DNA of 64,000 nt from Octopus bimaculoides (taxonomy: Eukaryota). Each line of letters opens with the position of its first letter. Position 1 is the stretch's first letter. Shown in pieces: positions 12,431-23,712 of the stretch. The notes under the pieces were generated by a model. It was not told the DNA's origin, did no database searches, and saw only the letters and a list, made by a program, of their open reading frames with translations. The DNA is taken from the NCBI RefSeq assembly GCF_001194135.2, contig NC_068989.1, positions 78,187,339 through 78,251,338 of the forward strand, read 5' to 3'. A program made the translations under genes and the position numbers.

Positions 12431-15400
12431 ATTTCTTAACTGAACCTATTTCAAAAAGTAGAAAGGAAATGATCTACAAACTGCAAATCAAGTGATAATG
12501 CTGTTTTAAGTTACTCTAAATGCTTTTAAAACATCGTATGAATTTCAGTGATACTTTTTGAATAGCTAGACAATCAGACAAATATGCCATTTGAAAATGT
12601 TATAAAATTCTATAACCATACATTGCAACGCGACTTACAAGCAATTTACTCATGAAACAATCTTATCCTATTCAAAGATACATTTTACAATCGTCTGTTG
12701 GATTCTTTATACGAACTAGATGTACAACCTAGCAGTAAGATTGTTGATTGACCAAAAACATCCATTAGACACCTGATAGTTTTACCATATTCATTTAATT
12801 CCGAATACTATCCAGTAATTAGTAGTGTATATTTTTTTCATAGTTACATGAAAACTCTTTACGCTCAAGAGATGATAAGATATCTATCTATTTGCAAAGG
12901 ACAGCCACCAGATGGATTTGTATATTTATTAGACAGCAGGTGACTTTGTATACTCTTGAATCATTTCTAAGGTTTCAAAGATCGTACAATAGTTTCTATG
13001 TATTCATGACAATTGCATGTTGTTGCAAAAATAATCAGCGATACGGATCTGAATATTTTTCAGATATGAAATTATTCCTGACAACTACCGACCAGATTAT
13101 TCTAAATATTGCTCAAATATCAAAGCTGCAAAACAATCCGCTCGATAGGATTGTACGTTTTTTACTTATTTAAATATTTATAAAAGCTATCGCCGAGATT
13201 CTAGACATTCATATGAGGTGTGCTTTTTTTTAATAAGGTATATATATNNNNNNNNNNNNNNNNNNNNNNNNNNNNNNNNNNNNNNNNNNNNNNNNNNNNN
13301 NNNNNNNNNNNNNNNNNNNNNNNNNNNNNNNNNNNNNNNNNNNNNNNNNNNNNNNNNNNNNNNNNNNNNNNNNNNNNNNNNNNNNNNNNNNNNNNNNNNN
13401 NNNNNNNNNNNNNNNNNNNNNNNNNNNNNNNNNNNNNNNNNNNNNNNNNNNNNNNNNNNNNNNNNNNNNNNNNNNNNNNNNNNNNNNNNNNNNNNNNNNN
13501 NNNNNNNNNNNNNNNNNNNNNNNNNNNNNNNNNNNNNNNNNNNNNNNNNNNNNNNNNNNNNNNNNNNNNNNNNNNNNNNNNNNNNNNNNNNNNNNNNNNN
13601 NNNNNNNNNNNNNNNNNNNNNNNNNNNNNNNATATATATGCTAATATTTTTTTTTTATACATACTAAATATTCGCTATCAAGGATAAGCCCTTCGCTGAG
13701 TGTTATATGCATATAGAAGCATATAAGGATGGCTCCTTCTCGAACGATAAATACCCACCAATCTGCGTAACAGCGCATAGGTCACAGCTGGAGGCAGAGA
13801 AGGTTATGCTATTCTTTCATTGTTACTCATATTCAGATGCGAGGACTGAAGTAACGGGAAATAAAGTCTTTGCTAAAATACCTAACACATCATCCTATCC
13901 TAAAAGCAATGCTATTCTTTGGAACTCGGCAGTCTAATGATTACTCCACATGACCTCATGATCCCTACATACAGTCGCATTTACTCAACCACACGCACAG
14001 ACACACATATACACACATACACACACACAGAGTAATAATACAAGACAAGTAAACAACAATACGGTTACATAGTAATACTTGATATATCGATTCCTTTACA
14101 GCTGTTTCAATATATCCTATCATGTCTTATATTATGCAACTAGAGAATATGTAATATTGCCATATTAACGCCAAGACGTATAAGGAGATACCTTTCCATT
14201 TCCTGTTATTGATATTTGCTTAAACTCTTTCTTCTTGGCAGTTAATACTGCCTGTTCTCACTAACTTGGTGTTTAAGGGAACTATCCTTTAGCGTGTAAT
14301 CATACTCATACTCACTATATATATATATGTATGTGTGTGTGCTTGTATGTGTGTCAGAGTCGGTGTGTGTATGTATGTCTCCGTGTGTGTGTGTGTGTGT
14401 GTGAATGTATGTCTCCGTGTTTGTATGTGCGTTCATTTAGTAAAAGTGATATATATATATATACATATATAGATAGATTTATAAGCATTTTTTGATTTTT
14501 CTAATTAGACTATTTTTCCGTGCATATATTTAATACAAAGTCATCTGTTTCGTGCTTTGATGATGAGAGGGTGAAAAATAAATTTTGCAGTCTGTGAAAT
14601 TTATATAATAAAGAAATGTTATTAGTCGATACAATAAACTTCAGAATCATCTAAGTCCTTTTAGAATATTCATCTAAGAAAACCAAATCTTGTTAGCGCT
14701 GCATTTAATTATTTTCTCATGTCCTGCACAGTATTTTATACGAATTAATCATTCTAAAACATATACAGTACATTATTATGATGTTACCGTGTATAGCTTT
14801 GCTTTATAAAATTTTATTTTGCGATTATCAAAATATATTTAAATGATAAACATTGTTTTCTATGAAAATTGTTATCATTAAAATAAACTAGAAAAATAGA
14901 AGAAATATTGCAATATAAAAATTCTTGAATGAATATAAAGCAATTTCGATTCTTACAATAATATTAACTTGGCAAAAAACACAAACATGTTAATAAAAGA
15001 ATATCACACTTGAGGCTATATCAGTAATTAAAACATTTTAAATCTAGACGTGATCTAGTTATAATTTCATTAAAGAAAATATTCATATATTCGTATAAAA
15101 TATCTTTCAGTGTTTTATATCCATAGGATAACAGATATAAAGCCTGTAGTCAAATTTTAATGTTCAGTAATATCCTTTTTTCAATAAGGTAATTATAGAA
15201 AATATCTCACTTTGTATCGCTAAAGTAAATATTAAACTGTGAGAAACACTTCTTTTTAATTCCTCTGAGAAACTCTGATATGTGGATTCCACGTTATCAG
15301 AATGCCATCATGAAAGCATGACGTATGTCACACTTCAACAGTTCCACCTGTGTGATCTTTATTTTCCTATTGATGTGTTGCTGATAGTGAGTGTAGTTAT

Positions 15401-15467
15401 TTCGCCTCATTTATACTCGGATTTTATACATAAAAGATCAAATGCATTCCGGATATGCAGATACCAT

Positions 15468-15868
15468 ACTCTTTACTCTTTTACTCTTTTACTTGTTTCA
15501 GTCATTTGACTGCGGCCATACTGGAGCACCGCCTTTGTAGTCGAGAAATTCGACCCCAGGACTTATTCTTTGTAAGCCTAGTACTTATTCTATCGGTCCC
15601 TTTTTGCCGAACCGCTAAGTTACGGGGACATAAACACACCAGCATCGGTTGTCAAGCAATGCTAGGGGGACAAACACACACACGCAACACACACAAACAC
15701 GCATACACATACACATATATACATATATACGACGGGCTTCTTTCAGTTTCCGTCTACCAAAACCACTCACAAGGCTTTGGGCAGCCCGAGGCTATAGTAG
15801 AAGACACTTGAACCCGGAACCATGTGATTGGTAAGCAAGCTACTTACCACATAGCCACTCCTGCACCA
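15468..15868 (-). mobile_element. SINE family A, full length
   Basis: Complete head (15800-15868), CORE-like segment, internal (CA)/(TA) tract, conserved tail and (GTAAAAGA)n 3' repeats, all on the minus strand. Confidence 0.92.
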
Positions 15869-16535
15869 TATTATTTGTAATGAACGATGTCTTCGCCATT
15901 ACATTATCCAGTACTTCCCTTACTTCCATTTTCCTAACGGCAATACGGTATGTTGAAACATTTGACAATTACCTCAAAAAGGTCGATCTACTAGATAGAG
16001 CATAAGAGTTATCATAGCATAAGATGTGAGATTACCACAAGGACAGCAACGATTAAGAACAATACAATGAAAATTAGTGTTTTCTTTTGTATGTAATTAA
16101 TCTAACGCAAATTCTAATCACAGCCTCGATTATCTCAAAGCAATTAAAACTAAATATCTGTTTAATACAGCAGTTGAATGCAAAAATTACATTAGGCTTA
16201 GCAAGTATTATTTCGAAAACAAATCATTTATAATAAGCTGCAATGAAACCCACTGAATATTTTCTTGTATGTTTAATTATTAAAGAAGAATGCATTAGCG
16301 CTATACTTTAGAGTATTTCAATAATAATTAATCAGAAATAACGTAAATTAAATAATCCTGCAATACCCGATTTTTTTTTTTTATATTTCTCAATTTAACA
16401 CTGCGTTTCAAAATTTCATTACGATAGATACGTTCTTTTTCTCAGAAGTTGTTTATAATCACATCATCTCGGTTAATACGCAGAATTTAAAGTAATAATT
16501 GTAAGTATAAAGCACTTTCTGTCCTGAACATGGAG

Positions 16536-16572
16536 GACACTTGCGATTTTCGTTCAGAAAATCGCAAGTGTC
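16536..16572. repeat. Perfect 16-bp inverted repeat with 5-nt loop
   Basis: gacacttgcgattttc-gttca-gaaaatcgcaagtgtc; imperfectly extendable to about 16526-16582. Confidence 0.9.
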
Positions 16573-18424
16573 TTTAAATGTTAAAACAATATCACGCTTT
16601 AAAATTTTTCAGCAATTAAAATATGCTTAACATTTTAAATTTAAACGTTATCTCATCATAATTTCATTAATGATAATATTCAGAAGTTCTTATTAAATTT
16701 GAAAAGTACACACACACGCACACAGGCTCGCATATACACACACATACACACACACAGACACGCTTGCACACACACACACATAAATATAAATGTAAATATA
16801 AATATATATATATATATGTTCTCGTACGCGACAACGAATATTTTGGACATGCATACTTAACTTTCCAAGAAATTACCAGAATAAATAAAATGAGAGAGAT
16901 CTTGTTAACATAGAGTATATTTCCTTACATTCTTCTGTCTTTTTTAGAGAAGACAATATATATGTATCTGCATTTGTGAAGGTAAACCACCTCACACACA
17001 CACATATATATATGACATGCGGACATAATGTCTTCTTTAGCATCGTTTACTTACCCGTGGGGCCTAGTTTACTTACTTGCTGTAACATATTACATTGTAT
17101 TATACATGACGTCGCTATAAGTTGTCACCCAGCTTATATGTTGATATTATTTTTATTAGATTTTGTTACATAATTCGTCGTAGGTGAATCACTATTGTAA
17201 CTTTCAAACAACGAACTACCGCCCTATGGATGTTCTTCCAATACGTATATTAACATCTGCTGTGTGTCTGCGTATGTCCATAGAATAATTGTTTTGTTGC
17301 AAAGACCATCTGGATATTTGTTTTAGATATTTATTCATCCACCCGATTTCTCTGAAGTTGTCTACAGTTAAATATTTTCGATAATATTTAATTGCAAAGA
17401 CTGTTTTTCAAGAATACCAACTGTAATGTATTCATTGTTTTCGGAGAATGAGAACATAGCAATGGCGTCGTAATTTTCCTCGAGGGCAAAACTATATGTA
17501 ATAATAAACTAATGTTTTTTTTTAATTCCTTTGACGTAATGTAAATCATAGCTAAAGTATACAGAATGTTTGAGAGAAAAGACCATACTTGGAAATAAAT
17601 GGAATCGCAGTCAATATATTACACTACTAAGAGATTCCTATAGATTATGAACTTTACAAATCATAATGCAGTTAAAGTATGGAATTCATTTATAAATCAA
17701 GGTCAAGTACCATTAAACTTTGATGAAATACTTTCGAATAATTCATTCTTTATTCGATTCAATTATAAATAATACCTCACTAACAACTCAAAAATTACAT
17801 TTTTTTTTCGATGCTTCCTTGCAACAATTGAAGATTTATATTAGATCCCATGGCAAAACTTGGATATAAATTAACATAAATGAATTCATTCAAGAAAAAC
17901 ATTCTTGACTTTAGATACAGAGAGGTATGCTTTTTAGAGAGTGGGTTATTCTATGAAAGAGAGATTCTTTTCTTGAGATAATATCTTCTTTGTCAGTTAA
18001 TTCTGAATTCTATCGTTTTAGATGCAGATGTGTATACACATTTCATTAACTCAAATACATTTCCTGCCTAATTTACATTTAAACCTTAATTTACGCAATC
18101 ATATGATCTCTGTAGATCACAGAATGTTCTGTATAATCCTCACTATAACATCTATTATGATTCGTTTTAAAATTCTAAGAGAAGGGTTTTATATTTTGAA
18201 GCATACAGACGCCTAATTGGCAGGAACACTACGTAGTATCTACATTGGTTCCTTAACATTCTTGATTCCATCCTTCAGATTTCATAAAATACCCTTTGTT
18301 GATTCATGCAGCCAGCACTCCCCTCACAACTTCATAGTATTGCTCTGTGTCTTAGTACAATACGAGTTGTATTTACAACATGAAAATAAAAACAAAAATA
18401 TTAACTTTAGTGTTTCGTTAGTTG

Positions 18425-18467
<43 letters not shown>

Positions 18468-19054
18468 TTTTGTATTTTGTGAAAATAACCTACTGTGAAA
18501 GTTACTTGCTATTTAAATATGAAATAGTTTGTTAATACCATGAGCATTATATCTGTTTATTCACCGAAATTTTGTGCTATAAAAAAACATTTATCAGTAC
18601 TATCATGTCTATTAATCAGTTCGAAAACCATAAATAAAATAGAAAGATTCTAGATTTTAGTTTTAAATTATGTTTCAAGATTTAAATCATTATAAATTTA
18701 ACTAGGTACATAGTACTAGCAAATTAATAGTGAATAGGTAATGAAGGAAACTCTCTAATATGTGGTATGAGTTACACTAAAGCTAGAAGAGAGTTCAGAG
18801 CAAGTCAACTTGTTGTCTATTTTAAGACGTTAGCTTCGTTATCCAGAATTTACGGATTTGGACACACTTCGCGGCATACGACTTGCCTATTTCCTGTCGT
18901 AGCATCGGTTACAAACAAAGTTTATATATGAACCTGGTAGGTGGAATCCATGTGATGGTTTGTCGGATAGATATGTGATACGAAATATCTATATGCTAAA
19001 CATTGTACTACGCTCATTCTATTGAATTTTTACCTCAAAATCGGATGTGCCTTG

Positions 19055-19412
19055 GTTCCTGATTCAGTCCCACTACGTGGCACGTTGGGCAAGTGTCTTC
19101 TACTATAGCCTCGGGCCGACCAAAGCCTTGTGAGTGGATTTCGTAGACGGAAACTGAAAGAAGACCGTCGTATATATGTATATGTATATATACGTGTGTG
19201 TTTGTGTGTCTGTGTTTGTCCCCCCAACATCGCTTGACAACCGATGCTGGTGTGTTTCCGTCCCCGTAACATAGCGGTTCGGCAAAAAGAGACCGATAGA
19301 ATAAGTACTAGGCTTACGAAGAATAAGTCCTGGGGTCGATTTGCCCGACTAAAGGCGGTGCTCCAGCATGGCCGCAGTCAAATATCTGAAACAAGTAAAA
19401 GAGTAAAAGAGA
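19055..19412 (+). mobile_element. SINE family A, near full length (A-box eroded)
   Basis: 'ggttcctgattcagtcccactacgtggcacgttgggcaagtgtcttc...' through the internal microsatellite to 'aaacaagtaaaagagtaaaagag'. Confidence 0.92.
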
Positions 19413-20534
19413 ATGTTTTGACTCGCGGAAGGGGTTATAGAGATAGTCTCAATATGCCCTCACAGAAAAATAGGATCAGAGACGTAGTAAGCATCCTAGA
19501 CATGTAAGAACCTTCTCAGCGAGTGAACTTGCTCAGACCGATAGGATCATTATTATTTTACAGTTGCAAATCAAAGACTGCTCAAAACGAAAACATTTTA
19601 GAAGAGGTAATTGTAGATATATGCTGTTATGAAGGAAAAAAGGACTGGTTGTACAGCTTCATGGATGGTCTGAACGAAACTAAATATGCTGGACGAAAGA
19701 AAGATATATAAGAGATTCAGAATTGTCTGAGAAGTTATACGTGACCAACCAACACGGAGAAGCAGAAGCTATTACTATCACAGTACAGCAACAAGGAGAG
19801 GAGACTGCACAACTGAAAGCTAAAGCTTTAAGCGAAAATGTGCTCGATATAATCGTTGAATGAGTATGGGAGAGATAGTTATGTAAGCTGCCAAACATCT
19901 AATTTTCTTTAAAAGAACGTACGCTGTGCCAATTGGAATCTAGATAGCTTGACAAATGTACGGTCATTAATCAATAATATCGGCTGATCCATCGCTCAGC
20001 AGTCTGATACTATATACCTCGCCTAGTTTCCCGCCGAAATAACCATAGGAAACACTTTATTATATTCTCATTTACCTCACGTATCAGTGTGATAAATATT
20101 TAATTGCGATCAACAGTTCTGGTTTCTGAAGTCGGAAAATTTCTGCTGTAACGTTCTAAACTGTCATCATTCAGAGATGATACAGTTAATTGTACCTTAA
20201 TTTATGGACGAGACTAACGGAGAGATTTCAACCTACGCAACAAGGTTTTAATTTGGTGCTGTATTTGCGAAATTGAAGTAATATCATAATAGACACCATG
20301 AGATAACTTGCATCTGCGTCTTTAAATGATAAATGAAACTACTTTTGCATTAGTTAAACTATGTGTCTCCTTCTACGTACCGGAAGAAATGTTAAGAATG
20401 TTTCAGACTAAACAACAAGATCTACAGATAACACTGCACATATTTTCGAGGTCACATTTCACACGAAAATGCGACTTAAGCCAATTTTTTACATTTTAAT
20501 AATGTTTAAATAACTATTTTAACCACTATTACTC

Positions 20535-20878
20535 CGGCTCAGTGGTTAGTGTGTCGGGCTTTCGATCATGGGATAATGAGATATTGAGTTCGATTCCCTG
20601 ACCAGGCTGTGTGCTGTGTTCTTGAGCAAGGCACTTTATCCAGTTCACTCAGCTCTAGAAATGAGTTGAGACGTCACTGGTGGCGAGCTGTATCGGTCTT
20701 TGCCTTTCTCGTAGATAACATAGCTGACATGGAACGTGGAGTCTGATATGCATGCGTAACTGCTGGTCTTCCGTAGACAACGTTGCTCGGACTTGTGCCT
20801 CGGAGAGTAACTTCCTTTATGCAATGCCATGGTCATTCATTACCGATGGTGGGGGGGGGACTTTACTTTTACTTTAAA
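20535..20878 (+). mobile_element. SINE family D (tRNA head, 'gtgttcttgagcaaggcactt' segment, (CTTTA)n-like tail)
   Basis: A-box 'ggctcagtggttag', B-box 'gagttcgattccc', and a terminal 'actttacttttacttt'. Only one copy in the window. Confidence 0.7.
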
Positions 20879-21489
20879 GTAGGAAACAGTGATTAGTGAA
20901 TGCATACAGATGAACATCATTCGCCCGGCAATACCATCCTGAAGCTGATTTGATACGTTCTCATCAAGCACATGAACGTCAATTTATATACAACACGTGT
21001 ATTAGTGACATTCATTTTTGTATATGATAGACGCTACTTTCACATTGGCCCTTCATCGATAGAACGAAAAGCCATGATGTAAAATATCAACGTAGAATCA
21101 ATCATCCATATTCTGCCGTCCTTTAACATTTGAGCTTCAGTCAAACTTACAAAAAGGGTTTTATTTAAAAGCAAATAGAACATATGCGTAAGTATATAGG
21201 TGTGTGTGTATGTGTGTGTCTGTGTGGGTGTATTAATATGTATATGTATGTATATATATATATATATGTGTGTGTGTTTGTATTTACTTATTTATTTACT
21301 CCTATTCATTAGAAGTAACGGAGTGACACAATGTCCAGGATTTCATGCGTTGGCACTTATCAAACTAGTTACAGGTTGAAGGTCTGCGTGGTTATATAAC
21401 TGTTGATAAATACATATATATTTCCCTATGGAATTATTATAATTCTAGGACAAATTATAATAATGTCACGTGGATTTTACTTTTGCGTG

Positions 21490-21900
<411 letters not shown>

Positions 21901-22069
21901 AAATGCAAAAAATTCAAGAGTACACGCGTTATATCGTTCAATAATCAAATACATTGGTAAACAAGAAAGACACAAATAGGGAAAAGCGAAACAGAATAGT
22001 GTGTGTGAAATCACACACACATACACATGCTCATATTTACACACACACATACACAAATACATATATCCT

Positions 22070-22170
22070 TTTCTACTCCAGGAACAAGGCCCGAAATTTT
22101 TGGGGAAAGGGCCAGTCGATTAAATCGACCCCACTACACAACTGGTACTTAATTTGTCGAACCCGACAAA
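22070..22170 (-). mobile_element. SINE family B, 3' fragment
   Basis: 'caaggcccgaaatttt...gtcgattaaatcgacccc...ctggtacttaattt'. Confidence 0.75.
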
Positions 22171-22429
22171 CACATTTGCACGTGCATGAAGAAATATACG
22201 CATATATACGTAGATGTGGTCATACAGATACATACGTGCACGCGCCCGCGCCGCGCAATTAGACAGGATAAAGTATAGAGGATACTCCTTGTTGCAAAGA
22301 TACAATTTGGCCTGCTGAGGGTGGGATTCTCTCTTTCTCTCACTCTCTCTATATATATATGCACACACACATATATATATATTTGCGCGTGTAAGTGTAT
22401 GTGTGTGTCTATGTATGCATGCATACGCA

Positions 22430-23712
22430 ATGGGTTGGCAACAATGTTATTACGGTGTTTTAGTGTGAAATAAAAGTCATTTTTTTTCACACAAAGAATG
22501 AACTTTCATCAATTATATATTTTTCTATTTTGCTCGATGACAATTTGCCATTTTTTTGGCAACTGTATGATTCCGCGCTCATAGAACTTCTGGTCCTTAT
22601 CAGCCAAAAACTGAAGCAAGTGCGATTTCAGGCCATCAATCATTATTGAAAGTTTTATCATTGAAAGAATTCTGAAAACTTCGAAATAAATGGTAATCTG
22701 ATGGTGCAAGGTCAGGGATATATGGTGGATGTGACATCACTTTCCAACCAAGCTCCAATAATTTTTCATGAATTAGAAAACACGTGTGGTCTAGCGTAGT
22801 CACGGTGGAACACGATTCCTTTAGGATTTTGCAAATTTTTGCCGTTTTTCTTTCATTATTTCCTCCAGTTTCATTAGCTGTTGAAAATAAACCTCTGAAT
22901 TGATCGTTTGGTTCCTTGGAAGGAGCTCAAAATTCACAACACCTTTTTAATCTCACCAAATGGACAGCATGGCCTTTTTTATGCAATTCAGCTTTCGATG
23001 TGGGGTGTTCTGGTTCATTACAGTTGGACCACGATCATTTTCGATTGATGCTATTGTAGACAATCCATTTTCATCACCAGTGATGATTCGTTTAAGAAAA
23101 AGGTTGACTTCTTTGCATTTGAGATGTCTATCGCAAACATTATTGATTCGCTGTGTTAAGTGAATCTCTTTCAATTTATGTGGAACCCAAATATCGGGCT
23201 CCTTAACGAGTCCAAGACATTTTAAGTGATTTTCAATTATGGTGGTGTGTGATACATTTAACCTCTCTGCAATCTCTCGTTCAGTTATGTGACAATCAGA
23301 TTCAATTATGGCTTCGATTCGGTCATCAACTTCAGCAGGTCGACTAGAACGTTGCTCAACTTTGAGTGAAACATTTCTGGAACGGAATTTTTTAAACTAC
23401 TTCTGACATGTGTGTTCTGTTAAGTAATCAACACCATAAACTTAACATATCTCTTAATGAATCTCTGCAGCTTTATTGTCTTTACGGAAATAAAAAAGTA
23501 AAATATAGCGAAAACGTTCGTTTTTGCACTCATTGTTAAAATTGTTACTGAACTAACAGCTGTAACCGAAATTACGCGCAGTTTGCTTCTAAAGTAAGCT
23601 AAACAAAAACGGTTATCAAATGTCAAAAAAAAAAATAATAACATTGACAAAAGTCATTTAAAAAATCGTAACTCTATTTGCGAAAAACAAAATTACTTTC
23701 TTGCAAGCCCAA
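22430..23712 (-). mobile_element. Near full-length decayed mariner transposon (~1.28 kb)
   Basis: Minus-strand motifs: KEIHLTQRIN, FLKRIITGDE, KKAMLSIW, GIVFHRDYARPHV, LGWKVMSHPPYIPDLAPSDYHLFRS, KFYERGIIQLPKKWQIVIEQN. Degenerate TIRs: tgggttggcaacaatgttatta and aattactttcttgcaagcccaata. Confidence 0.9.

Noticed and set aside
18023-18070. Terminal exon DADVYTHFINSNTFPA* after ttttAG
   Set aside because: Too short to distinguish from chance, and no linked upstream exon was found.
20535-20605. tRNA genes at SINE heads (also 1690-1742, 45810-45869, 52503-52560)
   Set aside because: A and B boxes are present but there is no complete cloverleaf, and each continues into a SINE body.
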